IMG/VR virus record: IMGVR_UViG_3300011962_000024
Coordinates: 1 to 64,000 of that record
DNA from: a virus
Lineage: Duplodnaviria > Caudoviricetes
Length of the DNA stretch: 64,000 nt
Direction: 5' to 3' (one strand)
Part shown: piece by piece, positions 38,172 to 47,943 of the stretch
Layout: the number at the start of each line of letters is the position of its first letter
How positions within the stretch are numbered: position 1 is the first letter of the stretch
Made by a program: the position numbers and the translations under genes
The notes under the pieces: model-generated
What the model saw: only the letters and a program-made list of their open reading frames with translations
Told to the model about the DNA's origin: nothing
The model's database searches: none

Positions 38172-38734
38172 GCCCTGTCCTCTACATAAACACCGCCCGA
38201 AATCACCGCAGAGCCGACGATCAGTTCGCCGTACAGCAGCGGGACCGGGTTGCCTTGAGCCTGGGTATTCACTGCGCCGTTGAATGCATAGCTGGAGCGA
38301 TTGTTGGCTGAATCAGCCGACTCGGCGGCGCTCGGCTGGGGAGAGAGCATCATCACGGCGCCGCCGACGGCCATTGCCGCGCCAGCCATCATCATTGCTG
38401 GGCCCCAGGTTGATCCGCCCGTAAAGAAGCCGGCAACGATCAGCACGATGCCAACGACAACCTGGAATATTCCGCCCTGCTTGGCCCCAGCTGGCACCGG
38501 AGCAATCCGAATGTCGTCGCGCCCCGCCGGGTTCTTCAGCGACTCCGCATTGATATTTTCCCGCCCGTAGAACACGGCATACCCGCCGGGCGCGTTTGTC
38601 ATGTGGCTCTCGAAGCCGGGAAGCATCACGGACAAGGCGCGCACCGCCTCCGCGGCATTGGCCACCGCCAAGCGATGGACCCGGCCAAACTTAGCCCCCA
38701 GCTTTCCGTACAGCCTGATCGTCTTGAGTTTCAT
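38168..38734 (-). CDS. Tail assembly protein I (lambda-like)
   Basis: IRLYGKLGAKFGRVH, GNPVPLLYGE..VGSAVIS. Confidence 0.9.
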   Translation of the reverse strand: MKLKTIRLYGKLGAKFGRVHRLAVANAAEAVRALSVMLPGFESHMTNAPGGYAVFYGRENINAESLKNPAGRDDIRIAPVPAGAKQGGIFQVVVGIVLIVAGFFTGGSTWGPAMMMAGAAMAVGGAVMMLSPQPSAAESADSANNRSSYAFNGAVNTQAQGNPVPLLYGELIVGSAVISGGVYVEDRA

Positions 38735-39452
38735 GGCGCCAAATGCTCACTGTCTTTTCCAGCCAATAGCCGCCGTACGGGTCGCGCCTGGAGTCGCGTC
38801 CGTAGAGGTGATGGAGGATTGATTGCGGAGCCGGGTAGTGTTCCGGCTCGGAGACCAGAACGCCCGATTCGAGATAGATGCCGGCGTGATTCGGGACCGG
38901 CGCGCGGATCTGCATCAGCACAACATCGCCGTGCTGCAGGCCTGACACTTGCCGGAATCCCGCCGCCGGAAGCAGCTCCCGGTAGTAATCCTTGCCCTGA
39001 TCCCACCAGCCGTCCTCGCGCTCGTAGCGGCCGAGGTCGACGCCCAGTTCACGCCGGTAGAAGTCCAGCACGATCGAAAGGCAGTCATGCACGCCGTGCA
39101 CGAATTCCCGGCCGATCAGTGGCGCCTGCCAACCTTCAGGCTTGAGCCAGACGTGTCGGCCGGCCTTGCCCTGCTCCACCGGTATGATTGCCCAGGGCAC
39201 GCCCGATTCCTCGCACGCCACACGGTCTGCAACGCTGGGCTGCGCCGGATAGTCGGGGTGGCTGTGCACCACGGCCTGCACTTCGCCCTCGCGTATGGCG
39301 GCCTTGTAGTCAGCGGGGTCGATGACGAAGTGCTCGTCTGGCGTCGAAGCGATGTTGCGGCACGGCCGGTACTGGCCATCCACAATGAGTCCGCAACTTT
39401 CGACTGGGTAGCTGGATTCCGCGTGCCGCCTCGCTGCTGCTGGTAGTCGCAT
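38691..39452 (-). CDS. Tail assembly protein K (JAB + NlpC/P60)
   Basis: ESCGLI, VVHSHPD, GVHDCLS, PNHAGIY. Confidence 0.9.
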   Translation of the reverse strand: MRLPAAARRHAESSYPVESCGLIVDGQYRPCRNIASTPDEHFVIDPADYKAAIREGEVQAVVHSHPDYPAQPSVADRVACEESGVPWAIIPVEQGKAGRHVWLKPEGWQAPLIGREFVHGVHDCLSIVLDFYRRELGVDLGRYEREDGWWDQGKDYYRELLPAAGFRQVSGLQHGDVVLMQIRAPVPNHAGIYLESGVLVSEPEHYPAPQSILHHLYGRDSRRDPYGGYWLEKTVSIWRHETQDDQAVRKAGG

Positions 39453-39506
39453 GATCTGCACCCACAAAAAAGCCCGCGCGTGGCGGGCTGAAGGATTGAT
39501 GCTGCG

Positions 39507-40169
39507 TCAGCGCGTGAGGGCTGCAGCGGGGAATCCGCCAAAGTTCAGAACGCCATTGGCGCCGAATCGCAGCTTGCAGCTCTGCAGCCGCTTGCCGCAT
39601 TTATCACGCGCCGCGTCGGTCGTGATGATGTCGTATTCGTCCGCCACCGGCGGGCCGGTGTAGCCGCATTCCGCGCTCCGGTAACGCCACGGGCAATAGT
39701 TGGCAATGATCTGCCGGCGAGGCAGCTGCACACCTTGGAAGTCCATGGCGCTTGCGAGCTCAAACTCCACCGCTTCGGACGTTTCGCCAACCTTCTGCTC
39801 GATGAACCAGATTTCAGGCGGGAACTCCTCGTCCGGGTCAGCATCGGGCATACCGTCAAGGTATTTCGCCAGCGTCCGGCGCCTGGTCAGCTTGGCGCCA
39901 ACCATGTCGTCGAACTCGAGACATAGCGCGGTGATGAACCCGCCCACGTTGCCCATCTTCAGGCTCGGCGACGGGTTGCGGCTGCCGCTCATCTCGAAGC
40001 CGCTGGCCTCCAGTGGCCACGGGTCGTACTGCACGCCTTGCCATGTGATCGACCCTGCGTCGTGGCTGTGAAAGTGGTACGTCTCCGCGCCGATCGCCTC
40101 GGCATCAAGGCTGTACAGCGTCACGATTTGCCCGGGCTCCAAACGCTGTACGTCTGTCGATAGCGTCAT
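39507..40169 (-). CDS. Minor tail protein L
   Basis: PRRQIIANYCPWRYRSAECGY...DKCGKRLQSCKLRF, FGGFP. Confidence 0.92.
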   Translation of the reverse strand: MTLSTDVQRLEPGQIVTLYSLDAEAIGAETYHFHSHDAGSITWQGVQYDPWPLEASGFEMSGSRNPSPSLKMGNVGGFITALCLEFDDMVGAKLTRRRTLAKYLDGMPDADPDEEFPPEIWFIEQKVGETSEAVEFELASAMDFQGVQLPRRQIIANYCPWRYRSAECGYTGPPVADEYDIITTDAARDKCGKRLQSCKLRFGANGVLNFGGFPAAALTR

Positions 40170-40516
40170 GGGGCGTGTACCTCTTCAAACGTCGCAGTCA
40201 GCTGAAAATTGCCGGCACCCTTGGCTGCCAGCGTGTACCCGGAGCGGCACTTGAACAGCTTCGTCGCCCCGAACGGAGTAACCCACTCGAACGCCTTGTA
40301 GCCGCCCTGCCGATCCAAGAACTCAGCCATCGCCTTGACCGGCATCCCGCTGCCCGTTTCCCAATGGCCCATGGCCGAGATACGCCACGTTTCGGTGCGG
40401 GTATTGATGCCGTCGCCGGCCTCTTGCGTGTACCCGTCGCCCATATCGGTGCGCAGCGTCCGCTGGCTCACGTCGATCGAGGCAGAGTTGTCGATGGGGA
40501 AATCGAAGACTTCCAT
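40166..40516 (-). CDS. Minor tail protein M
   Basis: GDGYTQ..GDGIN, FLDRQGGYKAFEW. Confidence 0.88.
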   Translation of the reverse strand: MEVFDFPIDNSASIDVSQRTLRTDMGDGYTQEAGDGINTRTETWRISAMGHWETGSGMPVKAMAEFLDRQGGYKAFEWVTPFGATKLFKCRSGYTLAAKGAGNFQLTATFEEVHAP

Positions 40517-42990
40517 CAGCGGCCGCCTCCATACATGCTCCATAGCAGCCCGCCAGGGCGTGATTCTTTCTCAATCATCGACAGGAATGTCGCCCTCATT
40601 GCGCCAGCAGCCATCTCTCCCTGAGCCCGAGATTCCTCGAGCGACATTCCTGCCTGAGATTCAACAACGACCTGAGCGGTAAAGTTGATCTGAGGTTTTC
40701 CGCTGCCCCCCTTGCCACTGCCCTTCCCGCTCTTCGTGTGATCGATGATCGTCTCATTCGGGTGAACCATCGCCATGAAGCCACCCTTGCCATCCAGGCC
40801 GCCGACTCGCGGGCCGTAGCCGGTATGGCCGCCGCCTTCAAATGACATGGCCGCGCTCGTCACCTGCGCAACTAGGTTCGCCCCCGCCGCCGCAACAGCA
40901 GCGATGTTTGCGAACTTTTGCCACGGAGTCAGTGCGGTCGGGTCGGCCAGCGCCTGGGTAAGCGCGGTGCTCAAGTTGAGACTTGCTTGGGCAATCGAAA
41001 ACGCCTTGCTGGCAGCAAACATAACCCGGTACGCCGCACTCTGATCACGGCCGGCGGACTGCAGGACGGACGCCATATCTGCAAAGCCCTGAGATGCAGC
41101 TGTCAGGGCCACTTGCTGGCTTGCGGCATCTATTTGAGCCATCCGGTCCCGGTGCTGCTGGTGGATGTTCTCTACGCGGGCGGCATATTCCTGTTCAAAG
41201 CCTTCCAGCGTATTTAGGTAGGCCTTCTGCTTTTCAAGCTCCGTGTCTCGCCAATGCTCCTGAGCTTCGGCCTGCTCTTGCAGCTTTGCCAGCTCTCCAA
41301 AAGCACCGCCAAACATCGCATCAGCCCCGGTTACGGTCGGCGCTTGTGTCACGCCCTCGACGGTACCCGGCGCATTATCAGCATTCATCTGGATTTCACG
41401 GATGGCTTTCAGCGTCCGCAGGCGCTCCGCCGCCTCGACATTGCCCTGACGCTCGTATTCCGCAATCTTCTCGGCGTACTCCAGTTCGAACTGTGCGTCG
41501 TTGGCGGCCCGAAGCTGGCCTGACTCGCGCAGGATGTCGATGCGGATCTTTTCTTGCTCGGTCAGCTCGCGCTTGGCGTCCAGTTCACGGGCGAGGCCGA
41601 TCAAGTACTCGGCTTGCTGCCCGACGATGCCCTTCAGTGAGCCCTGCTCAATCTCGAAACGCAGGCTGGAGAATTCGCTTGTCTGCCCGTAGAGCGCGAG
41701 TTGACGGGCCAGAGACTTCTCCATCGACTGATAGGAGTTCGTCAGCTTTTTCGCTTCAGCGTCAGCTGCCTTTGTGTCCGCTGCGATTGCAGACACCAGC
41801 TTTCTCGTTTCGGAAACCGCCTTCGGCGGCTCGGCTGGCGCCGGCAGGTTGGCGGCAGGCCGATTCATGGCGTCATTCAACGCAGCCTGGATCTTTGCAA
41901 TTTCGGCGTCCAGCTCCTGCTCGTTGTAGTAGGAGACCATGCCGTCACGGCCGAAGAAGACCAGCTTATCGAGGGCGCCCCCCTCCTTCATCTTCTGCAG
42001 CCGAACCAGCTCATCATTCAGCCGCACAACGTCGTCGGCCGCGATGCCATTCATCATGGCCGCCATCTCGTCAGCGCCCCAGCGAACAATGCCAACAGTC
42101 TCTCGCATGGCTGACGCGATGCCGCTAAATGCAGTAACCACGCCTGCCGCTAGCTGCTGTGCCGCTTCTACTGTCGCCGGGTCGGCCAATATGTCCGCCA
42201 GCTCACCAAGCGAATCCACCAACACACCGCTAGCGCCAGAGGTCTCATTGACCTTCCCTACAAATACGCCGAATTGGGTTTGAAGGTTGACCAGGGCGTC
42301 CTGCACAGACGTTTCCATCGCGTCCGCGAGCGCCTTGTTCTCATCGCGGCTGCGGCGAAGGCCTTCGTTAAGCGCCTCTACTGATAGCTTGCCGGTAGCG
42401 CCGAGCTTGCGGATCTCTTCGGTGGTTCGCCCGGTTGCAGCGGCAATGCCGTTCACGATCGATGGAGTTGCAGCCAGGATCGACGCGAAGCCGTCGGCGT
42501 CAATCTTTCCCTTCATCAGCGCCTTGGAGTATGCGTCCATGGCAGTGGTGGCCTGATCCGCGCGCGCGGCATCACGCACCAGCGCGTAGGAGAAGGAGTC
42601 CGTGATATCCAGAACTTCGGACGTTGCGTATCCGAGATCGCGAAGCGTGTCAGCCGTGGACAGGTATACTTCTTGCGCTTCGCTGAGGGCTCGATAGGTG
42701 CCGTTGGCCGTTTCCAGCAGCCGCGCCTGCACCATCTCGTATTCTTCAGTGCTGCTTGTGGCGTTCCGTATACGGGAGGCCATTTGGCCGTATTCATCGG
42801 AAGCCCGGATAACAGCGCGGACGCTCAAAAAAGCCGCCAGTGGCGCCGCTACGGACCGCACGACGCTACCCAAGCTCCCGATGCTGCGCTCGGTGCTCTT
42901 CGATGCCTTCTCAAGCTTGCCGAGGTCCGTTCCCGCCTTGGCGGCCTGCGTGCTGTCGACAGCGACGACCAGCTTTGCGTACTCAGTCAT
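40516..42990 (-). CDS. Tape measure protein
   Basis: 824 aa, Ala/Gln-rich helical sequence with a tape-measure motif. C-terminal GGHTG..VHPNE. Sits upstream of M-L-K-I-J. Confidence 0.9.
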   Translation of the reverse strand: MTEYAKLVVAVDSTQAAKAGTDLGKLEKASKSTERSIGSLGSVVRSVAAPLAAFLSVRAVIRASDEYGQMASRIRNATSSTEEYEMVQARLLETANGTYRALSEAQEVYLSTADTLRDLGYATSEVLDITDSFSYALVRDAARADQATTAMDAYSKALMKGKIDADGFASILAATPSIVNGIAAATGRTTEEIRKLGATGKLSVEALNEGLRRSRDENKALADAMETSVQDALVNLQTQFGVFVGKVNETSGASGVLVDSLGELADILADPATVEAAQQLAAGVVTAFSGIASAMRETVGIVRWGADEMAAMMNGIAADDVVRLNDELVRLQKMKEGGALDKLVFFGRDGMVSYYNEQELDAEIAKIQAALNDAMNRPAANLPAPAEPPKAVSETRKLVSAIAADTKAADAEAKKLTNSYQSMEKSLARQLALYGQTSEFSSLRFEIEQGSLKGIVGQQAEYLIGLARELDAKRELTEQEKIRIDILRESGQLRAANDAQFELEYAEKIAEYERQGNVEAAERLRTLKAIREIQMNADNAPGTVEGVTQAPTVTGADAMFGGAFGELAKLQEQAEAQEHWRDTELEKQKAYLNTLEGFEQEYAARVENIHQQHRDRMAQIDAASQQVALTAASQGFADMASVLQSAGRDQSAAYRVMFAASKAFSIAQASLNLSTALTQALADPTALTPWQKFANIAAVAAAGANLVAQVTSAAMSFEGGGHTGYGPRVGGLDGKGGFMAMVHPNETIIDHTKSGKGSGKGGSGKPQINFTAQVVVESQAGMSLEESRAQGEMAAGAMRATFLSMIEKESRPGGLLWSMYGGGR

Positions 42991-43360
42991 TGGTCACTCC
43001 AAAGTGCAAAGCGTGGTTTTCGGATATGCGCTCGATCTGTCTGCGCAGGCGCGGGTTCGAAGTGAGCAGCTGTGTAATTTCGGACGGCTTCTTCATCGGC
43101 AGTGACCAGTCGGCCACCAGCGCAGATGCCAGCGTCGAGCGGCGCAGCCGAATCAGCCGTTTGCGCTCAGCCGGCTCTGCGGCGTCAAACAATGCTCGGT
43201 AATGGTCGGCCCGCTCCGCAATGGCCGCTGCTACAGCGACGAATTCCAGGCTCAGCACTGAGCGCACTCGCACCCACTCACGGTTGCCTGAAAGATCGAC
43301 GAGTTCAACGCGCACACCCCGGCTTGCCTTGGTTCGTGTATAGAAGTCTTGGGGGCGCAT
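42983..43360 (-). CDS. Tail assembly chaperone paralogue
   Basis: MRPQDFYTRTKASRG...EWVRVRSVLS...LVADWS aligns by eye with 45343-45732. Confidence 0.65.
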   Translation of the reverse strand: MRPQDFYTRTKASRGVRVELVDLSGNREWVRVRSVLSLEFVAVAAAIAERADHYRALFDAAEPAERKRLIRLRRSTLASALVADWSLPMKKPSEITQLLTSNPRLRRQIERISENHALHFGVTND

Positions 43361-43417
43361 CTTTTCTCCAGGCGTAAAAAAGCCCGCGCTGGGCGGGCTC
43401 GAGAATTGCGTAAGTTG

Positions 43418-43786
43418 TTATGGGGCGAACTTGACCAGTTTCGTCACGGCCTTGGCCGTACATTCAAGCGCCAGTGTTTTGCCGTCCGAGAATGTCACCT
43501 CGCAGACGTTCCGCGTACTGGAGTAGAAGGAGCCGGCAATCGCTACCACAATGCCAATCACTGCGCCCGCTACGCCAAGAAACATGGTACCGAGAGCGCC
43601 CAGCAGTACAGCTCCTGCAACGGCGCCCATGATTCCGAACTTGCGCTCTTTCTCCGTGCGGCTCACTACGCCTGATACCTGCTCAGGCGAATAACTAGCC
43701 TTCTGCGCCGCCTCGACAATGAGCCTTGGCCCGGCGATGTAAGCACTGCCTTTTAGCCCAAACGATCCGCCGATCACCTTCATCAC
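43418..43786 (-). CDS. Moron: small membrane protein
   Basis: Gly/Ala-rich TM pair. Followed by its own terminator at 43375-43400. Confidence 0.65.
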   Translation of the reverse strand: MMKVIGGSFGLKGSAYIAGPRLIVEAAQKASYSPEQVSGVVSRTEKERKFGIMGAVAGAVLLGALGTMFLGVAGAVIGIVVAIAGSFYSSTRNVCEVTFSDGKTLALECTAKAVTKLVKFAP

Positions 43787-43815
43787 GACCCCACTCAGCT
43801 ACGTCGATGGATGGA

Positions 43816-44457
43816 CTATTTCAGCGCTGCGGCTACCTGCCTGGCGCCAAGCAGCTCCTCAAGCTTTCGCTTGAATGCTTGAGGTACCGCCGCTTTGGCG
43901 TGGCCAGGCGGATTGAAAGCGCTGCCTCCCAGATTTTCGCGGCCTGAAATCTCGCTTTCGGCAATGATTTCTCCCGTCGAGTCGCATACGTACGCTTTCA
44001 CGTCGTAAATCAGCGCTGTGTTGTTGAAGGTGTCAGACTTCCATTCGTTAAGCTGCAGCAACAGCAACTTCTCTGCACCCGAGCGCCTAAGTTCAGCAAT
44101 CGCCCTTTCTCGATTCAGAGAAGGCGCAATGGATATCGGGACTGCCTTCGCGCCGCCTTGCACTAGGGACCGAACCACTGATTCGGTGAAGTCAGTCGAT
44201 AGAGGTTTTCCGCTTTGCGTAGTCACGTCAAACGGGTTGCCGAAGCCCCCGCGCTGCAAGCCTACAAAATCCGGGGTTTTGGCTCCCGAGAGCACATAAG
44301 GCCTCCGATCCTGAGCTGCCACGGCAACCATGGACGCAGCTTCGACATCAAACAAAACCATTGCATCGTGATAGCTGTGCTTGTTGCCAACCGCGCAACC
44401 TGACAGTAGAACGACCGCAGCCAGGCTCAGCAAACAACCCTTCAATACTCGCGACAT
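43816..44457 (-). CDS. Moron: lipoprotein
   Basis: Lipobox VLLSG-C and GGAGGGGG RBS. Confidence 0.75.
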   Translation of the reverse strand: MSRVLKGCLLSLAAVVLLSGCAVGNKHSYHDAMVLFDVEAASMVAVAAQDRRPYVLSGAKTPDFVGLQRGGFGNPFDVTTQSGKPLSTDFTESVVRSLVQGGAKAVPISIAPSLNRERAIAELRRSGAEKLLLLQLNEWKSDTFNNTALIYDVKAYVCDSTGEIIAESEISGRENLGGSAFNPPGHAKAAVPQAFKRKLEELLGARQVAAALK

Positions 44458-44647
44458 TATGCCCCCTCCCTCGATAAAGGACGGAATGTAGCAGAACGCC
44501 TTGTCCCTGCCACTGTGCGGCCATCCAGCCTGGCCAGATCAACAGCTACCTGCCGCTGGAAAGGCGTAGTAGCGTTGTGACTCCACCAACCGGCCCCGGC
44601 CAATGCGTGAGACCCATGGACGGGGCGAGATGACCTAGGAGGTCAAG

Positions 44648-44881
44648 ATGTCTGAGCAGAAAGAAAACATAACGCCATTCCAGGTAGGGGTTATGGCGGC
44701 CATACAGGTAATTGGTACGTCCCTGGCAGTGCTCGACCCTACAAAGCGAGAGGCGGTCAACGATGCCATTGTTCGCCTGCTGGATTCTATCCCTGAAGAC
44801 AAGAGCCTGGCGGACGGGTCTTCCCAGGGTCACCTTGCCCTGAAAGCGCTTCAGAAAGGGCTTCGCCTAGATCTGAAGTAG
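44648..44881 (+). CDS. Moron: small protein, antisense to the late operon
   Basis: AGGAGG RBS upstream; 77-aa amphipathic sequence. Confidence 0.55.
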   Translation: MSEQKENITPFQVGVMAAIQVIGTSLAVLDPTKREAVNDAIVRLLDSIPEDKSLADGSSQGHLALKALQKGLRLDLK

Positions 44882-45016
44882 CAATAACCGCCTCAAAATC
44901 GTCCAGCAGCTTACCTGCCGATTGCTGGGCGATTTGCCGCCCGACGTTCGGATGCTCGTTCATGCCTCACTCCTGCGGCCCTGCCGCTCAGTTTTGTGAA
45001 TCTCGGTGTCGTAGAA

Positions 45017-45382
45017 TCATGCGCATCCGTTCGCAACCCGATCCTCAACGGTTGCAAGCCGGCGCATCAGCGTGATCTCGTGTGGCCTTAGCTGCCTGCC
45101 GTACAGATCAGCCCACGCCTTCAGTTCGGCCAATGACGTGACCGGGCGAGCGCTGCAATACCACTCCCACACATAGGCCAGTTCCGGCGGACACGGCGGA
45201 CCGTCCAGGCGGCTCGGCCGTTTGCCTGTCTTCTCCGCGATGGCTTCCAGCTGCGCGCGGACGGTGATGCGCTTGTCCGGGCCTTTCTTTGGCCTGGGCC
45301 CGGCAGGCTTCAGTAGGCCCAGTTGATGCTCGGCGTGCGCGATCAGTCCTTCGGCGAGCCCGTCGAGCGTTTCCCAAAAAAA
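45017..45382 (-). CDS. Tail assembly chaperone GT extension, reached by -1 frameshift
   Basis: Open -1 frame after T-TTT-TTT: WETLDGLAEGLIAHAEHQL...PPCPPELAYVWEWY...ELKAWADLYG..LRPHEITLMRRL, ending at TGA 45017. Confidence 0.8.
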   Translation of the reverse strand, partial: FFWETLDGLAEGLIAHAEHQLGLLKPAGPRPKKGPDKRITVRAQLEAIAEKTGKRPSRLDGPPCPPELAYVWEWYCSARPVTSLAELKAWADLYGRQLRPHEITLMRRLATVEDRVANGCA

Positions 45383-45732
45383 CGGCGGCGGTCACTCGCG
45401 AACCGGTCCACCTCGGCGGCGATGTAGGGCGATTCGCGCAGGAACTCCAGCAATGTGTCCTCGCTGAAATCCTCGAACGACCAGCCGATGACCAGCGCCG
45501 CGTTCAGCTGCAACCGGGCCTGCTCGGTCTTGGCGGTCTTCTCGGCCTCATCCTTGATCGATGCGACGCCCAGCAACTCACGCCGGAACTCGTCCAGCGC
45601 CGTGCGGAACTCGTCCGAATCAACGCCCCGTATCAGCAGCCACTCATCCGTTGCGGTGCCATCAGGCAGGGAGAGCTGCATGCGCTCCCCCTCGTTCGCC
45701 TTGGCTCGGGTGAAAAAGTCACTCGGCTTCAT
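45343..45732 (-). CDS. Tail assembly chaperone G
   Basis: Follows the major tail gene. Ends RRRFFGK over the slippery run TTTTTTTGGGAAAC. Confidence 0.85.
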   Translation of the reverse strand: MKPSDFFTRAKANEGERMQLSLPDGTATDEWLLIRGVDSDEFRTALDEFRRELLGVASIKDEAEKTAKTEQARLQLNAALVIGWSFEDFSEDTLLEFLRESPYIAAEVDRFASDRRRFFGKRSTGSPKD

Positions 45733-45741
45733 GCAAACCCC

Positions 45742-46650
45742 TTACGCCGAAATGCGGGTGATGGTGATCTCGGTGTCGACGGCCTGGTCGTTGAACGCCC
45801 GGAAGTCATAGGACTGGATGATCGGGTCGTCGCCGCTGCCTTCTTCGCTGGATGTGGTCAGCTTGGCCCGGGTCATGCTGACCTGGTAGCTGTTCTCGCC
45901 GTCGGTGAGCGTGATGACCAGCGGCGTCTTCGTCTCGCCGAGGTATTTGGCCTTCAGTCGGTCATCCTCGATGTAGGCTGACAGACTGCCGGAGACGTTG
46001 ATGCGACCCAGCTTGATGTCGTAAGCGTCGCGCGAAAACAGGCGATAGATCGCCTCCATGCCGTTGTCGAGCGACAGGTTCAGCGCGGTCGCGTGGTTGA
46101 GACCGGTGCCACCTTCGGTCAGCGAGCCTTCGAAGGTCGTCATCATCACAGTTTCGGTCGGATCGGCGATCGACTCCTCTACCGCGTCGAAGACATAGGC
46201 CTCTTCTTTGGTGCCAATGATCGAGAACGTGACGCCGATCTTGCCCTGTAGCGGGCAGTCGATGGCAACCGTGCCAACCTCGCAGCCGCGATAGATCAGC
46301 CAGCGGCCGATGTCCTCGTTGTGCTTGAGGATGGCGAACTTGCGGCGGATCGAGCCGGTCTTGAGAACGTTGTCGGTCCAGGTGCCGTGGAAAGCCGCCT
46401 CGAGCAGCATGTCGAAGGTCCCAAAAGTCAGTTCCGCTTCCAGGTCTCCGGTCACGCTGGAAACGCCACTGCGGGACTCGGCCATATGGCGGCCCGGCAG
46501 CATCTCGTCCGACTCCAGCTCCTCGACGGATTGGCTCAGGCCGTTGGTAATCAGTCGAAGTGGAATCCACGCGACGGCTGGGTCCAGCGTGCCGCCGACG
46601 CCCTCGAGCTTGATGTAGGTGTTCTGATTGACGCCTTGTGCATAGGGCAT
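45742..46650 (-). CDS. Major tail tube protein
   Basis: ESDEM..GR, GDLEAEL.FG.FD.LLEAAF.GTW. Position in the tail operon. Confidence 0.85.
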   Translation of the reverse strand: MPYAQGVNQNTYIKLEGVGGTLDPAVAWIPLRLITNGLSQSVEELESDEMLPGRHMAESRSGVSSVTGDLEAELTFGTFDMLLEAAFHGTWTDNVLKTGSIRRKFAILKHNEDIGRWLIYRGCEVGTVAIDCPLQGKIGVTFSIIGTKEEAYVFDAVEESIADPTETVMMTTFEGSLTEGGTGLNHATALNLSLDNGMEAIYRLFSRDAYDIKLGRINVSGSLSAYIEDDRLKAKYLGETKTPLVITLTDGENSYQVSMTRAKLTTSSEEGSGDDPIIQSYDFRAFNDQAVDTEITITRISA

Positions 46651-46711
46651 TTGCTATCTCCAGAAATGCAAAAGCCCGCTCAAGGCGGGCCGCAGTGTTC
46701 GTGGTTGTGGG

Positions 46712-47134
46712 TTATGCAGGGAAGGTCCAGGCGGTGCAGTAGACGCTGATGCTGACAGACTGCCAGACGTCCTCCTGGCGAATCTGCGAGCGCTCGGCGC
46801 GCCGTATCAGTACGCCCTGACCTTGGTAGTCGAGGCGCTTGCCAGACTTGAAGAACGTCAGCGCCTTGTCAGCATCGGCCAGAATCGGGCCGGTTCCGGT
46901 CCCTTTCGGGTGGAACAGGTCAACCTGCAGGATGCCTGCCCATTCCTGCGGTGCATCCGCGCCCATGGCAGCCGGACCTCTCCCGCTGGGCAGTCCGGTG
47001 AGGCGCGCCCAGCTCTGGCCGGTGACCGGGTCGAACTTGACTCCTTCGAACGCCGTGCGCTCCTGCGGCATGACGCCCGAGGCGAGATAGGCCGATACCA
47101 GGGCGGCGTTGATTTTGGTTTCGGACATGGTCAA
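46712..47134 (-). CDS. Tail terminator (DUF4128-like)
   Basis: GILQVDLF.PKG.G pattern; position. Confidence 0.75.
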   Translation of the reverse strand: MTMSETKINAALVSAYLASGVMPQERTAFEGVKFDPVTGQSWARLTGLPSGRGPAAMGADAPQEWAGILQVDLFHPKGTGTGPILADADKALTFFKSGKRLDYQGQGVLIRRAERSQIRQEDVWQSVSISVYCTAWTFPA

Positions 47135-47526
47135 ACCCTGTTCTTGCGGGCCGCGGCCTCGACCATCTTCTGCACGCGGTCCATGTTGCGCTTGACCATG
47201 CCCTCAGGCGCTTGAGTTGAACTGCCTTCTTCGAGAGTCATGATGTAGGGCAGGTTGTTCGACAGATAGGTCACCTGCCCTGCCCCCTCCGGTGTCTTCG
47301 CCTCGACCTCGGCAATAGCCTCGCCGCCGCTCTTGTCCAGGCGCTCCGTCTCGCCTGCAACAGGGGAGCCCGGGGCCGTTTGCCAGTTCCCACGCGCCCG
47401 CCCTGTATCTACTGGCGTGGCCTTGATCACACCGCTGAATAGCTCTAGCGTCGCCACGCGCGTGATCTTGTTGTGCGCCTCGGTCGTCTTCGTTGTGAAA
47501 CGGCGGATGTCGTTGGAGAATCCCAT
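47131..47526 (-). CDS. HK97 gp10-like tail completion protein
   Basis: TPVDTGRARGNW, SNNLPY...LE.G.S.QAP.GMV. Confidence 0.85.
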   Translation of the reverse strand: MGFSNDIRRFTTKTTEAHNKITRVATLELFSGVIKATPVDTGRARGNWQTAPGSPVAGETERLDKSGGEAIAEVEAKTPEGAGQVTYLSNNLPYIMTLEEGSSTQAPEGMVKRNMDRVQKMVEAAARKNRV

Positions 47527-47942
47527 TAGCGCCTCACTTGCAGCTCGTAGGCCAGCACATCGCCGGTTGGATTGATGGTTTGGATGCTGATGATCTTCCA
47601 GGTCTGCCCAGATGCAGTGACAGTGGTTTCGGGCGACGGCGGCCATTCCAGAGGCTGCAGGATCTCCGCGTCATCGACACGCTGTAGCATCGGCAGGAAC
47701 AGCTTCTTGTCGTCTCGAAGGATCTGCGTGCCGTCGGCGTATTGCTGGCCGGATGACTGCAGGTTGTAGTTGTCGAGGATGGCCCGGGCCTGCTGGGTCT
47801 TGGTTTCACCCGGCGTGGCTACCCCAGTTACAGGGTCATAGCCGCCAGCGGTAACGATTTGCAGCGTAACTAGCTCGCCGATCTCAGCCACCACCGCGGC
47901 CGCCTCAGCCATGCCGTCGAGGATTTCAGCGCGAAGGCTCAT
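47526..47942 (-). CDS. Head closure / head-tail adaptor
   Basis: YDPVTG...GD; synteny. Confidence 0.7.
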   Translation of the reverse strand: MSLRAEILDGMAEAAAVVAEIGELVTLQIVTAGGYDPVTGVATPGETKTQQARAILDNYNLQSSGQQYADGTQILRDDKKLFLPMLQRVDDAEILQPLEWPPSPETTVTASGQTWKIISIQTINPTGDVLAYELQVRR

Positions 47943-47943
47943 G

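Noticed and set aside
45108-45395. 95-aa Arg-rich ORF in the track
   Set aside because: Wrong frame. The protein-like sequence is in the -1 frame relative to gene G (45017-45382).
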